In this document: piece after piece, positions 1 to 9,864 of the stretch
Layout: each line of letters starts with the position of its first letter
Numbering within the stretch: the first letter of the stretch is position 1
NCBI GenBank assembly: GCA_965197905.1
Contig: CBDAOB010000003.1
Span: 384,001-448,000, forward strand
Reading direction: 5' to 3'
Origin: Candidatus Latescibacterota bacterium
GTDB taxonomy: Bacteria; Latescibacterota; UBA2968; UBA8231
Length of the DNA: 64,000 nt
Program-made: the position numbers and the translations under genes
The notes under the pieces: generated by a model
The model's input: only the letters and a program-made list of their open reading frames with translations
Database searches by the model: none
Told to the model about the DNA's origin: nothing

Positions 1-1363
1 TCGAGGACTCGCTGTTCCAGGCTCTCATTGACCTCCAGCAGGCTGTCCGAGAGTGATTTCGTCCGTTCCAGCTCCAACTCTAAGGCGCAGTGCGTCTGTG
101 CGAAGTCAAAGGACAGATAGACGGATAAGGACATCAGGAACAAGACCACACCGAACAGATAGGGGTACTCGAGACCAGCCGGCGCCTCAAAGATTTCCAG
201 ATTGAGAAGGATCTGATAGCCGCTCAGCAGCACAAAGCCGATCACTCCGGGCGGGATGATCCAGAGGGGATGCATGCCAGCGCCGCTGCCGATTCCGGCC
301 GCGATTCGCCTGTCGGCGGATCGCTGGCGCATCAGCAAGGTCGCTACAACTCGAAGGATTTCCACACAGATCACCAGAACAAACAGATACACGAAGTCCT
401 GCAGTGACAGCCGTACGCAAGCGGCCACTCCCAAACCCACAGCGACCATCGCAAAACCCCAGAATCGCCGCGGCGTATGCGCCGAGAGCGCGTAGACGAC
501 GCGCAGGCCCATCAGCGCGACCACGAGCACGAGTACGCGCCACAGCCTCTCATACAGGGTGTCCTGAGCCAGATCGGTGGCGAAGAGTGGATCTGAAAAT
601 TGGTGAAGACCAAGGCGGTCAATGCGCCGCAGAGCAGGGCCAAATCGAGATGGGTTCGCTGTCTGCGGTAGAGCAGGAACAGGACGAGATGCAGCAACGC
701 GAAAGTGATCAGTAGACCGCAGAAAAACCGCTGGTAATTGCGGTATGTTTCGACCTCCCTGAGGCGGCGATCTATTGCACTCGCCAACGTGCCGAGGGCC
801 AGCGCGAAACCGGCGTCCGTGTCGGTGCGATACAGGGTGACGGCGGAGAAATTAGAATGCCTGACTGCGATCAAGTGATCGCCGGCCGGGTCCAGGTGGA
901 GGAGTCGCGGCTCGCGATCCCGGTGCGTCTCCTCGTCACCGGCGGACGTACCGACGCGCCCGAAGCGGTAGATCAACAGGCCGTCAAGATACACCTCCGA
1001 GGCGCCGAACTGCCGGTTGAGGGAGAGCGCCAACGGTATGTCCGCAACGGTCGAGTCGGTCTGGATGTGCAGTCGGAACCAGCCGATGTGCGGCCAACCG
1101 CCGCGCGGGAGGTCGTCGGGCTCCAAGAGCGTCGCAGCGCTCTCCCAGGAAGCATCATCGTGGGCGGGAGCGGCCCACTCGGGCTGATCGCCCGCGTGGT
1201 ACTTCCACAAGCCGTCCAACTCGAGCCCGGCCTGCAGCCCGCTCAGAGACACAGCGATATAGCCATCGGACTGAGCCCAACCCGGTGCGGTCGAGGCAGG
1301 TCCGAACCCCAGCAGGACCAACAGTAGCCGTTTCATTACCCGTTTTTCCAAAATGGCATCCAA
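1..1363 (-). CDS. Membrane sensor protein (signal peptide, extracellular sugar-binding-like domain, multiple TM helices, coiled coil); frameshifted near 585; runs off the window start
   Basis: ORF 512..1363 has a signal peptide (MKRLLLVLLG, alternative start 1336) and LDGLWKYHAGD...GWFRL, similar to 7TM-DISM-type ectodomains. A shifted frame from about 585 continues without stops through further TM helices to ...LLEVNESLEQRVL at base 1. Confidence 0.65.
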
Positions 1364-1728
1364 AGACTGTCAGCGCGGAGGAATGAGTGGATGGTAGAGA
1401 AGAATTAAGCGCAGTACGCGGCCATCGGTCAACGGACTCGGCGCACTGACGCACTGCGTTATTCTTGCCACCAGCCGGAGAGAGCGCTTCGGGCCAATCC
1501 GCAAGTGCCGAGCTATTTTCAAAGGAGATGTTTCGCTCCGGGGTTTGGGAACAAAGCGAGACGGATTTTCTGTGGGGTCCAGACGAGGCGGCAGACGCGC
1601 AGCTGGATACGTCGCTCCTCATGGGTCGCTACCTCGTAGAGTTCTCCAAAGGTCGTCAGCGAGGCGCCTAGTGCTTGCGCGTTGACGACCTTCATGCTTA
1701 CCGGCCGCTGCGCTGGCGATGATTTTCG

Positions 1729-3099
1729 TTACATCACATCGTAGCGCAGGAACGAGAAGTACGCCCCCAAAAAGAACACGATATTCCACACACAGAGAAT
1801 GAGAATGTCGATCCAGTTGAGCCGATCTGAGATGGCCGAGTCCTCGTAGGTAAACTGTGGATACCCCTCGATGTTCCGCGAACGCCAGTCATCCCGCTTG
1901 TTCGCTTCGATGTACACATCCAACCCGAAGTCTGTAATCTCGCGACGATATTGGGGCAGCTGATCGAGAAAGAGGTTGCGGTCGCGAATACCGGTTCCCG
2001 CCAGATCAGACGCAGCATAGGCGAACGAAGCAAATGGCGACGCCCTGGAGATGTTCTGCGCCAACGCAATCTGAGCATTCATGGTCTTCTGAAACTGCTC
2101 GTTGATGCGATCCTGAATGTCCATGACCTTCGGCAGGTGATCCTTCTGCATCGTGTTGTAGTTGGCCCACCATTTGGAGCCGTACCGCCTTGGAATGTCG
2201 GGATTCGCCTCCGCCCACACATCGACTTCCGCCTGAAATCTCTTCTCCTCCTCTCGCTTGAGCTGGTTTTTTTCCTTTTCGACCAGCACGAACGATCGTA
2301 CCGAAGTCAACTGTGAAGCGATATACGGCGCAGTGTTGGGAATGACGAGAACCATCAGGACCCAGACCATGAGAAGGATGGTAATGGACGTAGAGGCCAG
2401 ATGAGTGCGCGAGGAGATAAACATGCCAAGGGAGTAGATGACAGACAGATATAGAAGCGCCACCAGGAGAATGAGGCCGAGGAACGCCCAGTGCTCCTCG
2501 CGTAACTCGACGGTGGGAAAGAGCACTACAACCACGAGGCCACATAGCAGCGAGATGATAAACGGACCAATCATGGCAAGGTAGCCGCCGATCCATTTGG
2601 CAAGAATCACGACATCTCGAGGCACGCTGTAGGACATTAACAGCTTCAGAGTGCCCAACTCCTTCTCTCCGGATATGGAATCATAGCTAAAGGCTATGGC
2701 CAGCAGGCTCATCACGATGCCGATGAAGAACAGCAAGTCGATGGGCGGAAAGAGAAATGATACGGGATTGCCTTCGTAGTCGGCTTCGAATTGGGGTTCG
2801 CGAACACCACTAACTTTCGCAGTAACGGTCAGCTCTTCGTTGATGCCTTTGAAGAAGATCTGCATGGGATTCAACGGCTTGTCCACTTTGATGCCATCGA
2901 AAGCCAGATCCCTGGACTCTTCGATCTCGGTCTTATGCATGACGAGATTGGTCCGATAATCCGACAGTGCCTCCTTGTAATCTCTTGTCAGCACAAATGA
3001 GCTGGAGAGCATGATCACCAGGCAGATGATACACGCCAGAGCGAAGCGGAGGCTCAGCAGCTGTTCGAGCAGCTCCTTACGTATTAGCAGGAATAACAT
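1729..3099 (-). CDS. ABC-2/NosY-like ABC transporter permease with large extracytoplasmic loops
   Basis: N-terminal IRKELLEQLLSLRF, motif DSISGEKELGTLKLLMS, multiple TM segments, SRASP motif, ends RYDVM. Confidence 0.85.
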   Translation of the reverse strand: MLFLLIRKELLEQLLSLRFALACIICLVIMLSSSFVLTRDYKEALSDYRTNLVMHKTEIEESRDLAFDGIKVDKPLNPMQIFFKGINEELTVTAKVSGVREPQFEADYEGNPVSFLFPPIDLLFFIGIVMSLLAIAFSYDSISGEKELGTLKLLMSYSVPRDVVILAKWIGGYLAMIGPFIISLLCGLVVVVLFPTVELREEHWAFLGLILLVALLYLSVIYSLGMFISSRTHLASTSITILLMVWVLMVLVIPNTAPYIASQLTSVRSFVLVEKEKNQLKREEEKRFQAEVDVWAEANPDIPRRYGSKWWANYNTMQKDHLPKVMDIQDRINEQFQKTMNAQIALAQNISRASPFASFAYAASDLAGTGIRDRNLFLDQLPQYRREITDFGLDVYIEANKRDDWRSRNIEGYPQFTYEDSAISDRLNWIDILILCVWNIVFFLGAYFSFLRYDVM

Positions 3100-3117
3100 C
3101 GATACCTCCCGAGATTT

Positions 3118-4504
3118 TCAAGTTACGTCGTAACGCAGAAAGAATAGGTACGACAACATTAAAAAAAGCACGTTGAGAACGATAATCACAAGTAGCTCGA
3201 TCATCACCTCATCGATGGCATCGTCGACGCGCGCCGGAACCACCTGCAGCACGGGAAACACTTCATTTTGAAACCAACGCGGGTTCAGTACTCCCTCGTG
3301 AAACCTGTAATGCCATTCCTCGCCCCAACTATCGTACTCGGTGCGGAACCGGGCGTAGGAGGTCTTGAACCTGTCGGATAGATCTACTCCAGTACTGGCC
3401 AGCCCGGTGGCGGCGTAGGTGTAACTTGCGGACGGAGAGAGGCGCGACAACATTTTGCTCAAGTCGATCTGCTGCTGCAATCGTTCCCGGTAATGCTGAT
3501 CTAGCTTCCTTTTTCGATTCTCGCCTTCCTCGCGAACCTTGTTGCGCGCCTCCTGCATCTTTGTACCGAAAAAATACATGCTCGAGTTGAGGCGGTTCAC
3601 CCGCAACCGTGTCTCCCGGTCGATCGACGCCTTTTCAGCGGCGATCTTCTGTGCTGTGGGAACGGGTGACAGCACGCGCGCAAAGACCGGCGCGATATTG
3701 GGTATGACCAGAATCCAACAGATCCACGCGAACAGCGACACCAGCAGGGCCGTAGAGGCCTTGTGAGTCAGGGTTGAAATCATCAACCCCAATGCGAAGA
3801 ACATCGAGATGTAGAGCAGTGAGACGGCAAGTATCCAAATCAGACGCTCCGCCGCCTCACCGCTCAGCTGCACCGAGCCGGTGAACGTACGCGAAGCCGC
3901 CGAACACGGATACCATGAACGGGACCGCCAGCGATGCAAATCCCCCTATCCACTTGCCCATCAGCACCAGGTCGCGGGGCACGGAATTGGCGAGAAGGAG
4001 CTTGAGGGTTCCGCGTTCCTTTTCACCGCAGACGGTATCGAAAACAAACAGCACAGCCAATAGGCTGATAACGATGTTGACAATGTAGACGAAATCGGGC
4101 GTGGCGAACAAAGCGAATAAAGGATTGCGGTAGGGACCTTCGTTGATCTTGCGCGCCCCGTTGAGCCAGACATTCACCTGGGTCGGCAGCTTGCGTTCCA
4201 ACCCGAGGGCGAACATGCTGAGACGACCGGGCCGCCGCCCATGATAACTTCCTTCGGCGGAGAGCATCTCGTCGTGAAACCGTTGGTTGAAATCCTGTTC
4301 ATCCTTGCTATCGGAGTAGAGATTGCTAATGGCGCTCCGGTGCTCCGAGCGAGCCGCCTCGAAGCTGGCCACCGATCTGGCATACTCATCGCTGAGAATG
4401 AATATGCTGGCCTGAATGAGCACGAAGAACAAAACAAAGGTCACCATGAACCGCAGACTCAGTATGTTGGCAGCGATCTCTTTTACGATGAGCGAGACTA
4501 GCAT
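3118..4504 (-). CDS. ABC-2-type permease, split by a frameshift near 3885
   Basis: ORFs 3857..4504 and 3118..3939 together align end to end with the paralog at 13059..14423 (DTVCGEKERGTLKLLL; ISTLTHKASTALLVSLF; FLRYDVT). Confidence 0.85.
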
Positions 4505-4519
4505 CTATCGATGGACGCG

Positions 4520-5977
4520 TTAGTCGAATATGATCCAGCCGTACCTGTCTGGCCGGCGCGTCAATCCATACGTCGGCGTCCACATCGCAAGCTCCGAGTC
4601 CTTGGCGCTGCGCAGCCTGCCGACGCTGAACCCCCAGACGTCCCCCTTCTTTACAGGGGCATCGCTCACTGAAGGGAACATGATCTCGCACTCCATAGCC
4701 CAGGACTTGGGATTCACCTGCGTAGCGCTCTTCAGGTCGGCGTCCCACGTCCAGTCGAGGGAAGGACCTTTCCCGAAACCGATGCTGCGATCGCCGACCA
4801 CTCCGATGCTGTTTATGTAGATGTGGTGGAAAGCCCACTCGTCACGGTCTGCGTCGATGAAGATCTGCATACATGGGTCCTTATGGGTCGCGCCGTCGTC
4901 CTTCTCCTTTGACCACGTTTGCAGATCGCCGGTATCCTCCTCGTACCCTTTAACCGCCACCAACAAACTGCTATCCGTGTACGCCACGTACGCTTCGCTG
5001 CGGCCCGTACCGGGGATAGAACTCATGACCCTGATCATCTTGTAGAACTGGTCGATGCGTGCCGCGTTCTTCCAGACCGGATCGCTGAGGTCTCCGTCGA
5101 TCTGTACCGCCTCCCGCAGCCGAGGAACACGCAGGGCCATCTGATTCTTTTCCAACATGTCCAGTCCCCGCAGGCGCTGCCCGTTGTTGAAATAGAACTT
5201 CCCCAACCGCATCGTCGGATTCTTGCTGTCCGGTTTGAATCTGTGGGCTTTTAGATAGGCCTCCTCGGCGCCGTCCAGGTTCGCCTTGAGCGCTAGCTTG
5301 TCCCCTTCCTGGACCATTTGGGCCACCATTTTTTCCATAAGCTCCCCCGCGTGGCGGCGCAAGGTATCGTCAGTGGTCGCGTTGTAGATCTCCGCGGTCT
5401 TGTCGGCAAGCTCTTTCAGCTCCGCCTCAGTCAACTCCTTACCGCCTATGATCCGGTGGGCTCCCCGCGTGCCGATTCTTTGTGACCGCCACCCTCCGAG
5501 AAACTGAATAGCGCGCACCAGTTCCAATTGGGGTCTGGTTGCCGTTTCGACGTCCAGACGTCGCACGAGGTCGTGGATGAGCTCCTTTTTCCCGGAGTTG
5601 CCGAGCCGGCGGATGGCGATGGCTCGCACTTCTGGCGCCTCGTCGTGGGCCAGCTGCTTCAACGCGACGAGGATGCTCTGGGTAGCTTCGCGCTGGTAGA
5701 TGCGTCCAACCACATCTATGAGATCTACACGCCCGGAAACAGGTTTGGTCGGGTCGGCGGCTGCCTCCAGGATCGCAGGAAGCGACTCAGCATCGCTCAG
5801 CACCAGATCCATCCTGGCGCGCTCGCGGTCCTCACCCCCAGATATCACATCATCAATGGAATCTGAAGTAGGATCGCCGCAGCCCAGGCACAGAGCCAGC
5901 ACTCCGTAGGCCGCCACGAACCTGAAACTCAGGATGTTGTTGACGATTTCTTTACGAATGATATAGAGGAGGATCAT
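4520..5977 (-). CDS. HEAT-repeat + CBM9-like lipoprotein (divergent family member) with a permease-like N-terminus
   Basis: Lipobox LCLGC, HEAT-like LAHDEAPEVRAIAIRRLG, VQIDGDLSDPVWKNA CBM9-like start, shared ALKANL motif. Confidence 0.75.
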   Translation of the reverse strand: MILLYIIRKEIVNNILSFRFVAAYGVLALCLGCGDPTSDSIDDVISGGEDRERARMDLVLSDAESLPAILEAAADPTKPVSGRVDLIDVVGRIYQREATQSILVALKQLAHDEAPEVRAIAIRRLGNSGKKELIHDLVRRLDVETATRPQLELVRAIQFLGGWRSQRIGTRGAHRIIGGKELTEAELKELADKTAEIYNATTDDTLRRHAGELMEKMVAQMVQEGDKLALKANLDGAEEAYLKAHRFKPDSKNPTMRLGKFYFNNGQRLRGLDMLEKNQMALRVPRLREAVQIDGDLSDPVWKNAARIDQFYKMIRVMSSIPGTGRSEAYVAYTDSSLLVAVKGYEEDTGDLQTWSKEKDDGATHKDPCMQIFIDADRDEWAFHHIYINSIGVVGDRSIGFGKGPSLDWTWDADLKSATQVNPKSWAMECEIMFPSVSDAPVKKGDVWGFSVGRLRSAKDSELAMWTPTYGLTRRPDRYGWIIFD

Positions 5978-5989
5978 GCACCCGGAGGT

Positions 5990-6712
5990 TCAGGCAGCTT
6001 GCTCCACCTCTCGGCTGACGTACTCCACGTAGAGCCGTTCGAGGTCTTCGTTGGCCAGCTCATCCCGGGTGAAGATGCGCACCAGGCTGCCCTCGATCAT
6101 GATGCCCACGCGGTCAGCGATCTCCTTGGCGCGAAAAATGTCGTGGGTGGTCATCCACACCGCCTTGTTCTCGCCGCGAAGATCGGCCAGCAACTGCAGA
6201 AATTCAGCCCCGGATTTGGGATCGAGGCCCGAGGTAGGCTCATCCAGCAGGATTACTTCGGCGTTCTTCACGATGGCGATCGCGATTCCCAACTTCTGTC
6301 GCATGCCTTTGGAAAATCCCTTCACGCGCCGGTTGAAGGCATCGCGCTGCAGTCCTACGCGCTCCATTATCTGTTCATACTCCGCATCGGTACTATCCTT
6401 GCGACCGCCGAGTTTTGCAAAGAAATCCAGGTTCTGCCGTGCCGTAAAATTTCCGTAAAGCATGACATTCTCGGACACATAAGCCACGTGTTTCTTGGCC
6501 TCCAGCGGATTCTTGGCCACGTCGATGCCACAGATCTTGACCGTCCCCGCAGTGGGTTCGGTAAAACCGAGGGAAACCATCAAGGTCGTGGTTTTGCCGG
6601 CCCCGTTGGCGCCAAGCATGGTAAAGATCTCGCCTGGCTGAATGGTCAGATCGAGGTTGTTCACCGCCCGGACATCGCCATAGTGCTTGGTCAAACCTTG
6701 GATCTCCAGCAT
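5990..6712 (-). CDS. ABC transporter ATP-binding protein
   Basis: Walker A GANGAGKTT, signature FSKGMRQ, Walker B ILLDEPTSGLDP, H-loop TTHD. Confidence 0.95.
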   Translation of the reverse strand: MLEIQGLTKHYGDVRAVNNLDLTIQPGEIFTMLGANGAGKTTTLMVSLGFTEPTAGTVKICGIDVAKNPLEAKKHVAYVSENVMLYGNFTARQNLDFFAKLGGRKDSTDAEYEQIMERVGLQRDAFNRRVKGFSKGMRQKLGIAIAIVKNAEVILLDEPTSGLDPKSGAEFLQLLADLRGENKAVWMTTHDIFRAKEIADRVGIMIEGSLVRIFTRDELANEDLERLYVEYVSREVEQAA

Positions 6713-6804
6713 TGTTGCCTCCGTGAAAACTGGCCTGAAAGGGTTGGCGCCAGGTGACGGCAGGGGTGCGCGTCAGCAGCTATTAGGATACGATGTGACG
6801 GCGG

Positions 6805-6819
6805 AGTTAACAATGTCAA
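6805..6819 (-). promoter_or_regulatory. Putative operator/-35 motif TTGACATTGTTAACT upstream of the ATPase operon
   Basis: 15 bp identical to 11481..11495; near-palindrome TTGACA-T-TGTTAA. Confidence 0.6.
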
Positions 6820-6917
6820 TTGCATTAGTGCATGCGCCGGCGATATCTGGATCTATTCCATCTTCATATATAATTGTTTATTAGCAACTTACGGGTCTTT
6901 TTCGTGGCCGATCAGGC

Positions 6918-6946
6918 TTGACATGGTGCACCTTGCCCGCTAACGT
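6918..6946 (+). promoter_or_regulatory. sigma70-type promoter for the tolC-like operon
   Basis: TTGACA (6918-6923), 17-bp spacer, TAACGT (6941-6946), upstream of ATG 7005. Confidence 0.65.
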
Positions 6947-7004
6947 TGGCCACAAACCCCGAAAATCAAGCTCCATTCTGAAGAAACCGACTAACAGCAC
7001 TCTT

Positions 7005-8348
7005 ATGTTTTGTGGCGCAAGGAGGTTCTTGAGCGGCTTGGGCCTCTGTTTTTTTACGGCCGCGTCGGCGGACGATCGTGTCCAACTCGACATGAGCTTC
7101 TGTCTCGACTCGGCCCTGGAACACAATCGCACCCTGGTGCAGGGGCGGGAGAAGATCAAGGAGGAGGAGAGCGGCAGGGTTGTCGTGCACTCACGGTTCA
7201 TGCCCCACCTGGATCTGACTGCAAATTACGATGCGCTGCGTACGGATCGGCGGGGCGTGACGGATGATGAGATCTCCAGCAGGTTGCGTTTCACCCAGCG
7301 GCTGCTGGAGTTCGGACCCGACCTTGCGGCCGAAGTGCAGCTACGCGCCGACCTCCGTGAGGCGATCTACTCCTACCAGGACCAGATCTACGCTGTCTTT
7401 TCAGAGGTGTGGCGCACCTATCACCTGATTCTCCTGCAGGATCGCCAGCTTGCCATTCGCCAACAATCCCGGCAGGGGTTTCAGGAGGTCTACGAGCGCA
7501 AGCAGGCCCGATTCGAGCGCCGGCTCTCTGATGAGGAGGAGGTGCTCACCGCCTATTTGAATGTGCTCAACGAAGAGCTGGCCATCAACAACGTGGAGCG
7601 CGCCCAGTTCAACAACAAGATGACGCTGCTACGATTGATTGGGCGCCCCATCGGAACGCAAGTGGAACTTGCATCCAGCGAGGTGGGATTCACCCCCGAT
7701 CCCGACAGTTCGGTCCAGGTAGCGATGGGAAACAGCGTCCAGGTTGCACTTGCCGAGAAACGTCTAGAAGAGCAACAGCGCGTGGTGAGCGAGATCGGCT
7801 GGGACTACACCCCCAATCTAAAGGTAGGCGCCGGTGTGGAAGACGGCAGGCGCGACGCCAGCGTCAACGTCGACAAAGACGGCGAAACCTGGGGCGTGGA
7901 CGTGGAGTCGCGGTTGCGGTTGAGCGAGAAGGAGACCGAACCCGGGCCCGGAGATGAGACCCAGTGGTTTGCCCGGGTCGAGGCGCGCATTCCGATCTTT
8001 GAAGGGGGATCGCGCGTTGGGCGGGAGCGTTTGGAGAAGGCTCGGGAACGTCAGGTACAGGTCGAGGTCGCGGACCTGCGCGCCGCCACCGAGCTCCAGG
8101 TGCGACAGGCGTATCAGTCGATGCTGGAAGCAGAGGGGCGGCAGCAGATTCAGGAGGAGCAGGTGCGCATTGCCCGGCGCCGCCTGGAGATCAACCAGAT
8201 CCTCAAAGACAAGGGGCAGGCAGACGAGAGCAAGCTGGAACAGATACGCACCCAGTTCTTTGCAGCCCAGGATATCCTGTTCCAGAATCAGGCCACCTTC
8301 ATCGACCGTCAGGCCGATCTGCGCAAACGTATGGGCTACTTCGAATGA
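7005..8348 (+). CDS. TolC-family outer membrane efflux protein
   Basis: Signal peptide after ATG 7005, then two OEP-like repeats (ALEHNRTL...PHLDLTANY...FTQRLLEFG; RIPIFEGG...VRQAYQSMLEA) with long helices. Confidence 0.85.
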   Translation: MFCGARRFLSGLGLCFFTAASADDRVQLDMSFCLDSALEHNRTLVQGREKIKEEESGRVVVHSRFMPHLDLTANYDALRTDRRGVTDDEISSRLRFTQRLLEFGPDLAAEVQLRADLREAIYSYQDQIYAVFSEVWRTYHLILLQDRQLAIRQQSRQGFQEVYERKQARFERRLSDEEEVLTAYLNVLNEELAINNVERAQFNNKMTLLRLIGRPIGTQVELASSEVGFTPDPDSSVQVAMGNSVQVALAEKRLEEQQRVVSEIGWDYTPNLKVGAGVEDGRRDASVNVDKDGETWGVDVESRLRLSEKETEPGPGDETQWFARVEARIPIFEGGSRVGRERLEKARERQVQVEVADLRAATELQVRQAYQSMLEAEGRQQIQEEQVRIARRRLEINQILKDKGQADESKLEQIRTQFFAAQDILFQNQATFIDRQADLRKRMGYFE

Positions 8349-9862
8349 CGCAGCGCAAGGTTCCCCACCTTCTTCTGTTGCTTTTGGTGCATGCTGCTGC
8401 GGCCTTCGGCGAGCAGAGCCTGACCAAGGAACAGCAACTGAGCAAGCTGAAGCTAAGAGAGCGGATTTTGGCATTGGAAGAACGACGTACAAGCTTGCAG
8501 ACCCACCGAGAAGAGCTGCAGACGACGAGAGAGCTCTTCGACGGAGGTTTCGTCGCGTTGCAGAAGCTCAAACAGACGCGCAATCGTTTCGAGCAGGCCC
8601 GCCTCGATTACGAGTGGGCGGAGATTGAACTCGAGGAGGCCAAGCTGGAACTGTTGAGAACAGCGACGCACATCATCGTCTCGGAGGCACGCAAGTACAA
8701 GACCGAAGAGGGCAAGTTCATGGTTGACGTCGTTCTTGAAAACGCTTCCGACATTCGCGACGCCCTGCTCGTGGACGCGGCGCTGACGGAGGAGGAGTTG
8801 CGCACTCTCCTGAAGGTAGAGCACATCTTTGCGTCGGTGAGTTATGGTCCGATCGTAGGCGAGCCTTACGAGATCCGCATCCCGTCTCTGGAGGTGGGGG
8901 AGCAACGCAAGATCACCTACCGCCTGCTTCGGGACGAAGAGGCGGTCTACGTCAACCTGAAGTATCTGGATATCAAAGATGAGAAGCCGGTGATCCTCAA
9001 GAAGGGAAGCCAGCAAGATCTTCCCAGCATCAACTCGGCGCAGTTCTCCCAGGAAGGCGAGCTCAATCAAACAGTGAGGTTCGGTCTAACACTCCAGCGC
9101 CTGGCGGAGGAGGAACGTAACTTCGCCCTCGCCGTGATTGGGCTGCCACCGCGGATCGACTACGCCTTCGTAAATCAGGGAGCGAAAGTCAATCAGATAA
9201 AATTCGACGAAACTACCTCGGAGGTGAAACTATCGCTGGAAATGGATATCCCGGAGAAGCTTGATCGGAAGCTGGTCGAGGTAACACGCACCTTTTTCGC
9301 TCTGGTTACGAACGTCAGCGAGTACGCCAAAATCAATGAGCTCCGCGCTCGCTACGGCGAAAACCAAGTCCAGGAAGAAGACGTGAAGTTGCTCAAAGCC
9401 AACTACGTTCGTCTCGAGCTGATTCCCAAGGGTATCGGCAAACTGGAGGTGCTGATCTCCAATCGGTACCTGGAGACCGAAGTCGGCGAGGAGCTGCAGT
9501 TTCGCGTCGAATTCCTCAACCGCGGCACGGTAGCGGTGCAGAATATCCGGGCCGAGCTCGACTTACCGTATGAATGGGAAAGCAGCGTTGAGCCGAAGCT
9601 CTTCAAGCTGCTTGAGCCCGGGGAGAGCGGTCCCATCTCGATCTGGTCCCGCCCGCCCGAGAACATCGCTGTAGGAGACTATGAAGTAGGGGTCGAAGCC
9701 CAGGGACAAGTTGGTACGGAAAACATCGAATCTCTGGAAAAGAACATCACCGTCCGCATCGGTGCCCGCTCCAACATTACCGGAAATGCCATTCTCATCG
9801 GGGTTCTCGTGTTGATGGTTGTGGGTATAGGTGTGGCCAGCGTCAAGATCAGTCGCAAGTAA
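8345..9862 (+). CDS. Periplasmic protein: signal peptide, coiled-coil hairpin, Ig-like/NEW3 domains, C-terminal TM anchor
   Basis: NEW3 (NPCBM-associated)-like FLNRGTVAVQNI...WESSVEP...LEPGES...PPENIAVGDY; C-terminal hydrophobic helix followed by KISRK; overlaps the upstream stop (ATGA). Confidence 0.75.
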   Translation: MTQRKVPHLLLLLLVHAAAAFGEQSLTKEQQLSKLKLRERILALEERRTSLQTHREELQTTRELFDGGFVALQKLKQTRNRFEQARLDYEWAEIELEEAKLELLRTATHIIVSEARKYKTEEGKFMVDVVLENASDIRDALLVDAALTEEELRTLLKVEHIFASVSYGPIVGEPYEIRIPSLEVGEQRKITYRLLRDEEAVYVNLKYLDIKDEKPVILKKGSQQDLPSINSAQFSQEGELNQTVRFGLTLQRLAEEERNFALAVIGLPPRIDYAFVNQGAKVNQIKFDETTSEVKLSLEMDIPEKLDRKLVEVTRTFFALVTNVSEYAKINELRARYGENQVQEEDVKLLKANYVRLELIPKGIGKLEVLISNRYLETEVGEELQFRVEFLNRGTVAVQNIRAELDLPYEWESSVEPKLFKLLEPGESGPISIWSRPPENIAVGDYEVGVEAQGQVGTENIESLEKNITVRIGARSNITGNAILIGVLVLMVVGIGVASVKISRK

Positions 9863-9864
9863 TC

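Noticed and set aside
6918..7004. ORF-track TTG start of the TolC-like gene (likewise starts at 18324 and 45524)
   Set aside because: The TTG at 6918 and 45524 is part of a TTGACA element, and 18324 lies inside the upstream paralog; downstream ATGs fit better.
6713..7004. sigma54 promoter linking the neighbouring activator to the transport locus
   Set aside because: I found no convincing TGGCAC-N5-TTGC site by eye; sigma70-like elements are present instead.
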